Shown here piece by piece: positions 22,601 through 32,076 of a stretch of 40,445 nucleotides of DNA (positions are counted from its first letter, which is position 1; every line of letters starts with the position of its first letter). Under the pieces are notes generated by a model. It searched no databases. It was given only the letters and a program-made list of their open reading frames with translations, and was not told the DNA's origin. Where the stretch lies: the NCBI GenBank assembly GCA_052055015.1, contig JBQJIT010000052.1; one strand, written 5' to 3'. The position numbers and the translations under genes are program-made. The DNA comes from Malassezia furfur (taxonomy: Eukaryota).

Positions 22601-23260
22601 GAGACATGGAGCAGCAAGGTGCGGGCGCTGCTCATGGACCTCGTGCCGTTCGCCAAGGGGAACCCGGCGTCGCAGCTGTTCGATCCCGAGGCGCCCGTGC
22701 TCGAGCACGTCGCAGTGAGCGCCGGCACGGCCGACACCCCGCCAATCGTCGAGGTGCGCGCGGCAGCCGACCCCGACGAGAAGCAGCGTCCGCCGGTCAA
22801 GTCAGTGGTGTTTAGTCAGTGGACGCGCATGCTCGACAAGGTCGGCGCTGCGCTCGATCACGCGGGCATCCGGCACCGCCAGCTGGACGGCACCATGAGC
22901 CGCGTACAGCGCGAAGAAGCATTGCACGCCTTTAAGACGGACCCGGGCGTCGAGGTATTCCTCGTGTCGCTGCGTGCCGGTGGGTTCGGATTGAATTTGG
23001 TGTCGGCATGCCGTGCGTACCTCATGGACCCATACTGGAACCCGGCGGTGGAGAACCAGGGGCTGGACCGCATCTACCGCCTGGGCCAGGAGCGTCCCGT
23101 GATCATGACCAAGTTTATTGTGCAGCAGAGCATCGAGGAGCAGATGCTCGAGCTGCAGCGGCGTAAGACGGAGTTGGCGAACCGCGTGGGCGCGCGCCGG
23201 CTCACTGGCGACGATGCCAAGCGCCAACGCAACGAGGAACTCAAGTTGCTCTTTTCGTAG
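19616..23260 (+). CDS. SNF2-family helicase with inserted RING finger (Rad5/Rad16/HLTF-like)
   Basis: LADDMGLGKT, LDEAH, LTGTPIQN, RING CNSC..CQHTFC..C..CPCC, VVFSQW, SLRAGGFGLNL, DPYWNP..E.Q..DR..RLGQ. Confidence 0.9.
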   Translation: MDEYNAGLGFDPSANTGNARELPAGFDQTWASSSSTSNNQFDTLEATQALLEAAASGKDWQPSLEYLPQNYAPIDLTTEDDEDLDEPIHVETRMAPAATAPLRRNAYVPPARSAAMPPKWACIGIIFPSVLCMYGLPPELQLQGVPGEFPEVDPEWESLTFWGEPGYRPVAIHEGAKPEGAAGGQGLLAGNQRLGLQVSTLLPGSDDLLPTDPMGKPEILNEFGTLSDKYSKVLEYFMGQGQVMTISRCKLVSPMKAQAFTQAIETLLFVPETSVAIVVGALTRAGIFLETPDAYNPSDFPDMPKLLNVEDIQPRTRPRSRFAPFTYAHNTPYGGSLDTYSSVGSLGAPPMTKEMLEEEQKAQINSLYDSLKGSESLAQTEPGPLIAAKLFPHQKQALTFLLERERERRFEELLERDASSNTPDHISLWSVVQQGGRIQRYQNIVTQTMIDRRPGICRGAILADDMGLGKTITVISVIAKTMPDAAAFGASELEPDAWIDDEPQLVGDSRNRRSAEQARREELRCRSRATLLVCPLSIVSNWESQIREHWDPEQQPSIYVYHGSGRLSDPHALADHDVVITTYSTLGSEFSNQTTWAAAAGRNDKDDELVEVDADGAPLTKKRRKTAEAPNTCQRIEWFRIVLDEAHIVKESRTWQSKAVCNLSAPRRICLTGTPIQNKLDDLYALILFLRLDPFSDRAVWNRFCRDKKHLYLNQSKSKDDELLDPTSLVRVQTIMKFLTLRRMKSDRRPDGQLILSLPPRASRIVKIAFSEAERTKYQRLHSRFREEFEEHVAGGTVGTNYATILHEILILRMMCDSAELVEDSKDSGRTRFEMEDLSRAIREDGLTRRRAVEFFTLLSDSMLALCNSCGAELPPLGAPADDALDGAPRKNDARQPVVTRCQHTFCAPCFHAQVGSGWPKPAKEAHHVCPCCGTDLHLILDAIALGPADAELAENGGTPPPKNGSRLLAVLDEKTKAPRSPGTMFLPDDPASWPETWSSKVRALLMDLVPFAKGNPASQLFDPEAPVLEHVAVSAGTADTPPIVEVRAAADPDEKQRPPVKSVVFSQWTRMLDKVGAALDHAGIRHRQLDGTMSRVQREEALHAFKTDPGVEVFLVSLRAGGFGLNLVSACRAYLMDPYWNPAVENQGLDRIYRLGQERPVIMTKFIVQQSIEEQMLELQRRKTELANRVGARRLTGDDAKRQRNEELKLLFS

Positions 23261-23979
23261 CTACCGACAGATGCGCGGCGCAACGCGTTCTACGTCACGA
23301 AACGTAAGGCTCACGCGTCGCTCGCGCACAAGGGGCGCCGCATCGCACAGCGCTGAATCGCGCAGCGCCGCACGATTCGCGACCCGCGCGAGGTCCGCGA
23401 CCGTATCGTGTTCGCGTGGTGCAATCCCGTGCAGGTAGCGCGTGTAGGCCGCGCCGTGCGTGATGAGTAAGCTGCGCGGCTCCTGGAGCAGCGAGAAGCT
23501 GGGGGTGCTCGGCGTGGCGTCTTCGGTGCGCTCGTACACGTCGAGCAGGATCGGTGCACCAAGGCTGATAGTCGCCACCACTGGGTAGTACGCCGGTCCG
23601 TCGTTGTGCGGCAAGATGCCCTGCCCGGGCATATACTCGTTCACCAAGCAATGGTTCGGCGCGCCGTGCCGGCTGTTCGCAAACACGCCCGTCGCCGCGA
23701 TGCGAGCAACCAGTGCGGGGAACTCGGTGAGGAACGGCGGCATCGGCTCAGCGATGAGCGCGCCGGAGCGCTCGGCGAGCTGCCCACCGTAGTACTGCAG
23801 CCGGCGGTGTGCGAGCTGCTTCCATTTGGGCTTGGGCGCGGCATCGATCTGGGTGAGCAGCACGGATAGCACACCTTGCCCAGCAAGTATGCCTCTTCTT
23901 CGGACGTGATAAATTCGGGCACGTATTCAAACGCCTCTGCGTCGTGCGCGTCGGCGCCTGGCACCGGCACACGGACCAT
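23261..23979 (-). CDS. AlkB-family 2OG-Fe(II) dioxygenase, ALKBH6-like
   Basis: 26-nt intron 23849-23874. YVPEFITSEEE, RRLQYYGG, PNHCLVNEY.PGQGI.PH.DGPAY, YLHGI, RVSLTFR. Confidence 0.88.
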
Positions 23980-24028
23980 GTGTGCGGGTGGAGGGTGGAG
24001 GCCGTGGCACTGTACATCGCGTGCTCGT

Positions 24029-26911
24029 CTACACAAGGTGGTCGCCTACATACCCCATCCGGTCGATCTCCATGCTGTGGTGCGCGGGTGCGGACATGCA
24101 CATCTCGGGTGGCAGCAGGGTCGCGGGCAGCGGCTCGACGCTCTCGGGCGCGTCTTCGGTCATGAGCGACGCCGAGGTGTCCGGCGACGCATGGTCCGTC
24201 GGCCGATCGGCCGCACGGAGCACTTCGGTCATGAACGCCATCTCATCCTCCTGGATCATGGCACCTCGGAAGCGCACCACCATCCGGTCGCCCGCACGCT
24301 CATCGGACGCGGGTGGTGGCGCATAGTACTTGGACGCCGGCAGCGGGTAGGGCGCGCCGTGCTCCGTTTCCTGGCTAAACGCCGGCAGCTGGTCGAGCTC
24401 GTCGGCACGCAGACCGCGGCGCATCATGTCGCGCACCACTTGCACCGCAGGGATCTCAAGCAGCTCTGCGGCGGTCGGACGCAGATAGGGCTGCGACGAG
24501 AGCAGGCCGGTGATGATGCCCTGCATCGCGGGGCTCAATGTGTCGAGGCGTACGTCGGAAAAATCGTCGCTGCGCAGCTTGTGCCAAGGCTCGCCATTGT
24601 CCGGGATCTCGACACTGCAAGCGGCCTCGAGCAGGATCAGACCGAGCGCAAACAGGTCCGCGGGCTTGCCATACTTGGACTCGAAGATGACCTCGGGCGC
24701 AATGTACTCGCGGTCGCCTTCGCGCTCCAGCGAGAGCACCTGGCTGCCCTTGCGATGCTGACGCGTGCCGCGCCGCCGGGGGCGCTCGGGTGCGGGCGCA
24801 GACGCCGGGTCGTCGTGCGCCCCGCCAAACGCAAACGGCGTCGAGGTCGTCGGCACGCCCCACGGCGCAGGCGCAGCCTGCGACGGTGATGAGGGCGGCG
24901 TAAAGGACAAGTCGCTGATGCTTTCGCCGTCGCGCGGGAGAAACTTGCGCGTCTCGAGCTGGGCGCCGGCGAGGATCTCGCGCGTGGTGCACCGAGGCCA
25001 GCGCGTCGCCATGCCAAAGTCGGTGATCTTTAGACTGCCGATCTCGGTGATGAGCACATTGGCTGGCTTCAGGTCGAGGTGGAGCACATTGCTTTTGTGG
25101 ATAAAGTCGACGCCCGCCGCGAGCTCCGCGAGGATCTTCCAGAGACGTGCCTCGTCGAGCGGGCCGACCTGCCGGCCGTACTCGGCCAAGACAAAGGCGA
25201 GCGAGCCGAGCGGGCACAGCTCCGTCTGCAGAAACAGGAACCCGTCCTCCTCCCACGCGCCGAGCAGCTCCACAACGTTGTCCGCGCCAAAGAAGGGGTC
25301 GTGCCATGTGTTGCGCCGCTGGCGGAGCAAGCACAGCACGTCGACCTCCTCGAGGCGCCGGATACGGTCTTTGGGCCCCAGGTACGCGCGCTTCATCCGC
25401 TTCACCGCTGACACACGCCCGGTCGCCTTTTCGCGCACACGGACCACCTCGCTAAACTCGCCCTGGCCCAGCACGGACTCGGTGACGTACTGCTCCTCGA
25501 ACTGGCTCACGCGACCGGCGCACCGATTCCGTGCGTGCGCCGGCTCGCTCTGCGCCACCGTACTCGCGCGGGCGGGGGGCGGCGTCTGCAGCGCCCCCAC
25601 GGGCTCCGAATGCCGTGGGCGCGGTGCCTTGTGCTTGCGTGCCTGTGTGCCGCCATACGGCTGCGACGGCGTGCCAGCAGGCACCGCTTCGAACCACTTG
25701 AGATGCGCCGAAGGCTTGCGCGTCGGTGTAATGGGCGTCATCGCCTCGGGCGATGTCTCCCCGAGCGCCGGCAGCGGACTCGCCTCGGAGCCGTACAGCG
25801 AGCCGGTGTGGAGCACGGTCGGGGGTGCAGCGCCTAGGCCCAGGCCCGACGTGTCGCGCGCCGTGGGCGTGTCGTACCCTGCCGTCTCCCATGACAGGCG
25901 TGGCGGCGGCACAACATGCGTGCCGGGACCGCCTCGGGACGCCAAGGGCGACGCAAAGCAGTTGTTCGGCGAGTCCATTGCCCTTGCCGGCGTCGGTGCC
26001 TCGGTCATGGGTGTGTCTTGCAGCTCGTCCATGGGCTGCGGTGCGGGTGCCATTGCCACAAACGGATTCGGCGCGACATGGGCGTGGCGCGAGCGCCGCA
26101 CTGGCTGCTCGCGGCGCAGGCTCGGGAGGCTGTAGTCGGCCTCGCTCGCCGCAGGCCGCGACGGCGACTCGGGGTTTTCAAACACGTCGTTCGGGTCCCC
26201 TGTTGCGCGCGGCTCATCCAGAAAGGGCGGCGTAGGCGAGGTCACGGGTATCCGCTCGCTGGCCGAGCGATGGTGTCTGCGAAGGTCGGTGCGCGGCAGG
26301 CCCAGCCCGAGGCCGTGCGCGGCCATGCGGGCCCGCGGCGCCTCGGTGTTAGGCATGTGGAAGGTGGCGGAAAGACTGGTCTTTGGTGGCGTCGGAAACA
26401 AGGGCGAGCGCGACGGAAAGACGCCCCCCATCGACCGCCCGCGGCGATGGGTGCGCGCCGCCGACGCAGCCTCGGTCATGGAGAACGTGGGCTTCATGGG
26501 CGTGTCGGGCATCACGGCATGGCTCTTTTTCGTAAAGCTGCGATCCGCCATCGCGGTCTCGACCACTTCGCGCAGCGGCCGGCCGTGCAACAGACTGTCG
26601 CGACTCGGCAGTGCGGGCGGATCGCGTGGCTGGATGGGGCGCAGCACGCCCAGGGACGATGCACGCTCCATATCCACACCTTCTCCATTCCCATAGCCAC
26701 TGTGTGCGACATCTGCGGCGGATTTCGCGTTGGGCATCATGCTCCGCCGCCGTTTGGAAACGAGGCCATTCGACGTAAACGCGGCTTGCAGTGGCCGCAC
26801 ATTCCGGAACGTCTCAGAGGTATTGGGAGTTGCGGATACTTGGGTATGTGCGGGTGCGAGAAAACGGTCGCCTCCCATTCGAGCCGCGGGCGGCGTCGCG
26901 GCACGGTCCAT
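24029..26911 (-). CDS. WEE1: Wee1/Swe1/Myt1-family protein kinase
   Basis: LGQGEFSEV, HLDLKPAN, DFG, EGDREYIAPE, P.NGEPWHKLRS.DFSD; long disordered N-terminus with PDTPMK. ATG at 26911 chosen. Confidence 0.9.
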   Translation of the reverse strand: MDRAATPPAARMGGDRFLAPAHTQVSATPNTSETFRNVRPLQAAFTSNGLVSKRRRSMMPNAKSAADVAHSGYGNGEGVDMERASSLGVLRPIQPRDPPALPSRDSLLHGRPLREVVETAMADRSFTKKSHAVMPDTPMKPTFSMTEAASAARTHRRGRSMGGVFPSRSPLFPTPPKTSLSATFHMPNTEAPRARMAAHGLGLGLPRTDLRRHHRSASERIPVTSPTPPFLDEPRATGDPNDVFENPESPSRPAASEADYSLPSLRREQPVRRSRHAHVAPNPFVAMAPAPQPMDELQDTPMTEAPTPARAMDSPNNCFASPLASRGGPGTHVVPPPRLSWETAGYDTPTARDTSGLGLGAAPPTVLHTGSLYGSEASPLPALGETSPEAMTPITPTRKPSAHLKWFEAVPAGTPSQPYGGTQARKHKAPRPRHSEPVGALQTPPPARASTVAQSEPAHARNRCAGRVSQFEEQYVTESVLGQGEFSEVVRVREKATGRVSAVKRMKRAYLGPKDRIRRLEEVDVLCLLRQRRNTWHDPFFGADNVVELLGAWEEDGFLFLQTELCPLGSLAFVLAEYGRQVGPLDEARLWKILAELAAGVDFIHKSNVLHLDLKPANVLITEIGSLKITDFGMATRWPRCTTREILAGAQLETRKFLPRDGESISDLSFTPPSSPSQAAPAPWGVPTTSTPFAFGGAHDDPASAPAPERPRRRGTRQHRKGSQVLSLEREGDREYIAPEVIFESKYGKPADLFALGLILLEAACSVEIPDNGEPWHKLRSDDFSDVRLDTLSPAMQGIITGLLSSQPYLRPTAAELLEIPAVQVVRDMMRRGLRADELDQLPAFSQETEHGAPYPLPASKYYAPPPASDERAGDRMVVRFRGAMIQEDEMAFMTEVLRAADRPTDHASPDTSASLMTEDAPESVEPLPATLLPPEMCMSAPAHHSMEIDRMGYVGDHLV

Positions 26912-27079
26912 CTCGTGCGAGCAGCGCACGGGTGGATGGCTGGAGCGAAACGCGTGTCCCGCGCACGACGCGTCCGACGCGTGCCCGCGTGCAAAACATG
27001 CCTTACATAAGATTAGATCAGCACCCCTCAAATGTGGACGTGGGGCGCCGCAACGCCGAGAGATCAACACTGCGCCTGC

Positions 27080-28907
27080 ATGTCGCACCCTGAGCAGCCC
27101 CCAGCGGAGGTGTCCCCGCCGGCGGACACCCGGACACCCACGCAGGAAGAGACTAAAAATGCACAGCAGCCACCTCAACCGCCGCCTACACCAGAACAGC
27201 TCATCGCTTCCCTCCCATGGCCGTTCGGTGAGGAAATGGGACCCTACCAGCTGCACACCGAAAACTTCCGATGGCACGAAGCCGAGCCCGGCACGTACAC
27301 GCGAGGACTATGGGGCGGAGAGATGTACCAGGAACGCAGGTCAGGCACAACGGGACGGTACGTTGACATTGGTCTCACTCAGCGCCGACGACATGATTAC
27401 CGGTACGCTCTTGCGTCTTCCGACAGGGCTCGACCCCGACCGGTTCGTGGAGCTGCTTCGCGTGGCAACCATGCAACTCCGCTTTGATTTACCCATTCTT
27501 GCAACGACAATCGAGCTTGGACGCATCCCCATCCCCATGCTTCCGTCTTTGGTGTACCGAGCGACTGACTACGCCGGCGTCGAGGCCTGGGCCAAGAAGG
27601 CCTTTTTTGTGCACAGCCCACAGAACGACGAGGAGAAGCAGCAGTCGCTCGAAGAACGCACTGAGCTTATTCGCAAGCGCCTCGCGCTCGAACAGCTCGA
27701 CGTGCAAAAGTGCGCAAAGGTTACGCATGTCGTCCTCACCGGGCGCAGCAACGAAGTCGCCGTCCTGGTCTACTGCGCGCACGCCATCTCGGATGCCAAG
27801 ACCGAACTTTTGGTCGTACGCAAGGCATTTGAGTACATCGATGCATACCTCCAGGAACCCAATCCGTTGCCTGAGTCGCATCCTTTGCACCCGTCGCAGC
27901 TGCCATGGGGCGAAGAGGTGGCGCGCCTGCCACCTTGTCTGCATGAGCTGTACGGAATCGAGATTGACGCATTCAACCGCGAAAAGGCCACAGAGCATGC
28001 CAACAAAATTATGCGAGCACACTCGCTCCGTCTCGATGAGGGTCGCCCGCCCAACGAGGGTCTTTGCAACACGAACCACACCACCGTGACGTTGAGCGAG
28101 GAAGAGAGCTCCTCTCTCTACCGTGCCGTTAAGTCCAAAGGCTGGACGGTCACCCAGGCCGTGGATGCGGCTCGGCACATGGCCTACGTGGAAATGCGCC
28201 GCGGATACCTCGAGAAAAAACGCAAGGAACCTATTCCGGAGGCGCTGCACACCAATTTTTTGATGCCCATGGACGGCCGCACGTATTTCAAGGGGGAATG
28301 GCAAGGTAAGGAGTTTGCAGGGAACGCTACATCGGGCTTTGTCACCATCCTCCCGCTGCGGGACCCCTACTTTACACCAGCGGACGCCGAGCGCCGTTAC
28401 TACTTTTGGCGCAAGACGCGCGACCTTGACCAGGTGCGCGTCTTTTGCAAAGTGACCGACAAGCTCGCGCACATGTACCGCGAGGCGAGTGAACAGCTCA
28501 TTGAGGCAACAGCAGGCATGACTCCCCTCTTGATGGTAGGCAAAGTCATGAGCCCCGAGTATCCCCCGGCGGACCTCGCCCCTGAAGGGTTCAGCTCGGT
28601 GGGTGTACTGGAGCGTACACTGCCGAACGAATTTCCTTTGAAGGGATATAACGAGCCGATTCACATCACGGAATGGTTTGTGGGACTCACCATGTCGCGT
28701 CACATCTTCAGCTTGCAGTTCTCCATGCACGTCTGGTCCTTCCGAGGCAAAGTCCACCTTTCTGTCATCCACACGGATCACTTCTCCCAGGAGTATACAC
28801 GCAAATTTTTGGAGGTCATCAAGACGACACTACTGCTGTTTGCCGAAGCGTATGATCCGCTCGCCCCCCAGCCATCGCACTTCATCGACCGATGCGTTTG
28901 CATGTGA
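27080..28907 (+). CDS. CoA-dependent acyltransferase (HxxxD, CAT/condensation-like fold; Tri3/Mac-type) with C-terminal CaaX
   Basis: 25-nt intron 27358-27382 joins MSHPEQPP... to ADDMITG.... Motifs LRFDLPILA, HAISD, PMDGR.YF and FSSVG; ends CVCM-stop. Confidence 0.7.
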
Positions 28908-28910
28908 GCA

Positions 28911-29634
28911 TTATCCTAGCAACTCGTCGAGATAGTCTTGCATAGACTGCTGCTGCTGCGTTGGTTTGGGCACCACAGAGCCAGGCTGGGGTGGCTGATC
29001 CACAGAAGAAAGGAATGCATCCACATCCAAAGCATCCTTACTGGTATCCGACGGCCGCAACCGAGGCGGCGCCGCAGATTTGGCGCTCGATGAAGACGCC
29101 GCCCCAGTACGTCGCCTCCAGGCGGCCACACCAGTCTTCTGGGTGGTTCCCGAGCCCAAACGCGCTTTCAGTGCTGTGTGAGCCTGGTAGTACATACATC
29201 GCGATTCTTCGGCTGCATCCTTCTCTTTCAACATGGCCAGCAACTCGTCGGAGGACATTGGCGGCGGTGCGGGACCATCCTCTGGCTCCGGCTCTTCTTC
29301 GTCCGATGCCACGTCAAATTGCGGCTTGGCATTAACATCAAGTGCTTTAATCTTGGCATTGAGTTTGCTCAGGTCAACTTCTGGTTCTGGCTCAACTTCT
29401 GGATCAGTCGTGCGACTTGCCTGCGTAAGGGTCCACTGCTTCCTCCTCGTAGCGCCAAGCATTGTCTTTCATCTTGGGTCGGCGCCGGTAGTCATCGCCT
29501 TCGTCGGCGCTGTTGGACATCTCGGACTCGGATACATCTTGTGTCTTCTCTGTGTCGTTTTTGTTCGTCGAAATTCCCTTCTTGGCCTTGTAGCGGCGTG
29601 AGGCACGCGCCTTGTATTTGTTCTGCAACACCAT
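28911..29634 (-). CDS. Hypothetical charged protein, possibly AVEN/CER16(RIPR)-like
   Basis: GC-AG intron 29399-29420 (22 nt) and in-frame GT-AG intron 29174-29197 (24 nt). MVLQNKYKARASRRYK..., DNAWRYEEE, C-terminal MQDYLDELLG. Confidence 0.7.
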
Positions 29635-29673
29635 CACGGTGGACTGTGCGTGTGCGGTCTACCTCCACTTACC

Positions 29674-31254
29674 ATGCCGCCCTTCCGCTTGGCCGACTTC
29701 CAGGCCGAGCTGGACCGTCTCGTGTCAGACCCAAACAAGCCGCACAAGTACCAGGATAAGGCCATTGCAGAGCGACTTTCGGAGGAAGACCCATTACGCT
29801 CTTTGCGTGATGGTTACGAGCTCCCGCGTCTGCGTGACATCACCGGCGATGCGTCGATCTCTCCTGAGCTGCCCGCCTACTACTTTTGCGGCAACTCCCT
29901 CGGACCGTTGGCGAAGAAATCACGCACGTATCTCTCGGAAGAGCTGGACATATGGAGTCGGTTTGGTGTGAATGGCCATTTCGATCATTTGCATCAGCGG
30001 CCTTGGGCCAGTATCGATGAACGCGTCGCTCGTTTCGCTGCCGAGGTAGTGGGCGCAAAGCGATCGGAGGTCGCCGTGATGGCTACGCTCACACAAAACT
30101 TGCATACCATGCTGGCGACCTTCTATCGACCGAATGCACAAAGTCCCCCTAACGGACGCTACAAAATCCTGTACGAACGCCGTGCGTTCCCGTCAGACAA
30201 GTATGCATTGGACTCGGTGTGCCGCTTGCAGGGACTGGATCCTCGCGAGTGCCTCGTGCCGCTCGAGCCACGGGAAGGAGAAACTTACATACGCACGGAA
30301 GATATCCTCAAAGCCATCGAACAGGTCGGTCAAGCAGGCGCGATGATCTTCTTGGGCGGTGTGCAGTACTTCACGGGGCAGCTGTTTGAGCTGGAACCCA
30401 TCGCCAAGGCGGCCCATGCTGCTGGAATGATCATTGGCGTGGACCTTGCACATGCTTTCTTGAATGTGCCTCTGTCTCTCCATGACTGGGGTATCGACTG
30501 GGCCGTGTGGTGCTCGTATAAATACGGTTCTGGTGGCCCCGGTGGGATTGCTGGCATGTTCATCCATGAGAAATGGGCCTCTGAGAATCTTGCCCGCCCT
30601 TCAGGATGGTGGGGCCACAACCGGTCTACTCGCTTTACCATGCCCGAGGAATTTGACCCGATCCCGGGCGCAGCGGGCTGGCAGGTGTCCAACCCCTCGG
30701 TAATGGATGTGTCCGTCTTGATCGGTGCTCTCGAAACAATTTGGGAGGGGGTCCAGGCAGCAAACCCCTCGGACTCGGGCCTTGCACGGATTGGCACGGA
30801 CGAGGATACGGCCGCACGTGAAAAGGCGACCAGCATTGGATGCGGACGACTTATGCCGTCGTTGCGCACCAAGGGCCAGCGTCTGACGGCCTACCTAGTC
30901 CTCTTAATGGGACGTGACGGCTTTGACCTCGAGCAGTACGGCGTTAAACTGAGGCTCGTTACTCCTAAGGATCCCGAACAACGCGGATCACAGCTCTGTA
31001 TCCAGTTTTTGGACAACGCTGCGCAACAGCCTGTCCGCAATGGCAACGACAACGTCGCCCGATCTATGTCGGGCGACACGTTGTTGGGACGTGTCGTGCA
31101 CCTTATGGAGAAAAAGCGCGGCGTGATCGTGGATATGCGATACCCCGATGTACTACGCATGGCGCCACTTCCGGCATTCAATACCTATGCCGAGGTGTAC
31201 TATGTCATAGACACTCTCGCCTGGGCCTTGCAGCAGGTAGGCCCTTCCTTGTAG
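29674..31254 (+). CDS. BNA5: Kynureninase (PLP-dependent)
   Basis: YFCGNSLG, EVAVM.TLT.NLH, AFPSD.Y, GVQYFTGQ, DLAH, WCSYKY..GGPG, GWWGH, SNP, QRGSQL, R.AP.P..N. Confidence 0.95.
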   Translation: MPPFRLADFQAELDRLVSDPNKPHKYQDKAIAERLSEEDPLRSLRDGYELPRLRDITGDASISPELPAYYFCGNSLGPLAKKSRTYLSEELDIWSRFGVNGHFDHLHQRPWASIDERVARFAAEVVGAKRSEVAVMATLTQNLHTMLATFYRPNAQSPPNGRYKILYERRAFPSDKYALDSVCRLQGLDPRECLVPLEPREGETYIRTEDILKAIEQVGQAGAMIFLGGVQYFTGQLFELEPIAKAAHAAGMIIGVDLAHAFLNVPLSLHDWGIDWAVWCSYKYGSGGPGGIAGMFIHEKWASENLARPSGWWGHNRSTRFTMPEEFDPIPGAAGWQVSNPSVMDVSVLIGALETIWEGVQAANPSDSGLARIGTDEDTAAREKATSIGCGRLMPSLRTKGQRLTAYLVLLMGRDGFDLEQYGVKLRLVTPKDPEQRGSQLCIQFLDNAAQQPVRNGNDNVARSMSGDTLLGRVVHLMEKKRGVIVDMRYPDVLRMAPLPAFNTYAEVYYVIDTLAWALQQVGPSL

Positions 31255-31333
31255 CTTGGTAGCTCTCGGCCGAATATTCATCGCCGTTGGTTCGGCCCGC
31301 GGCTTGTCGCAGCCTAACGACGCGGTTTACTCG

Positions 31334-31592
31334 ATGGCTTCTGCGGCTCTGAGTGTGCTTGGTTACGCCGGCTTTGGCTTCCTGGCGCGTTGCTACGCGC
31401 TGGGAATTCAGAAACGCAACATTATGGACAGTACGTCGCCCTGGCACCTCACTAATTGCAGACTTCACGGGTCATGTCCTGTTTGCCGGCGCTTTCGGTG
31501 CTCTTGGCTACTGGCTTCATGGCGTGAAGATTTCGCAGCAGGAGCTCCTTGAGCGGAAACAGAAGGAGCTCTCTGAACGCCGGCTGGCTTAA
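31334..31592 (+). CDS. Mitochondrial complex I accessory subunit (fungal 14 kDa / NDUFC2-like), 75 aa
   Basis: 31-nt intron 31431-31461. MASAALSVLGYAGFGFLARCYALGIQKRNIMDNFTGHVLFAGAFGALGYWLHGVKISQQELLERKQKELSERRLA; two TM helices plus a charged tail. Confidence 0.75.
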
Positions 31593-32076
31593 GTATCCTT
31601 CTCCAGAAGACATTAGACGTGTTCATTCTCGGCGATCAAGTCTCCCCTACCCCTGGCGCTTGGTCGTGAATCTATGGCCAATCTTACCTGTCACACCCAT
31701 GCTTTGCTGCCAGAGTACGCATGAATACGCACATGTCGAAGAGAATCCTACTTGTAGCTTGCAAACTAAAACATGTCCACTTGTAGATCACGCTGCGTAA
31801 CCTCACGAGTGCGCTCATGGACCGTTGTCGGCTGTGCCCCCGTCGCAAGCGCCAGCCACGGCGAGTATATCGCACATAACGGTTCCACTAACAAGTCGAG
31901 GCAAGCATCACATATTCTGCGATACATAGTCTACAGGAAGAACCAGAGTAAAACACTTACGCCTGGGTGATATCGTCCTTAAGACCGAATCATTGGCATG
32001 AGGCCAATTACCATGAAACAGCAGCTCTATACAGCCGCAGTAATATTTTGGAGAATGACAAGTACAAAGACTTTGT

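Noticed and set aside
23876..27010. Long plus-strand ORFs (337, 456, 364 aa) opposite Wee1
   Set aside because: Arg/Ala/Gly-rich shadow frames in very GC-rich DNA, with no domain.
26730..27357. N-terminal extensions of the 725-aa and 1082-aa ORF-track calls, suggesting overlapping genes
   Set aside because: Non-ATG starts. Real starts are 26911 (-) and 27080 (+), with an intron explaining the frame change.
27489..28781. 430-aa minus-strand ORF
   Set aside because: Antisense shadow of the acyltransferase CDS with no motifs; expected from GC-rich codon bias.
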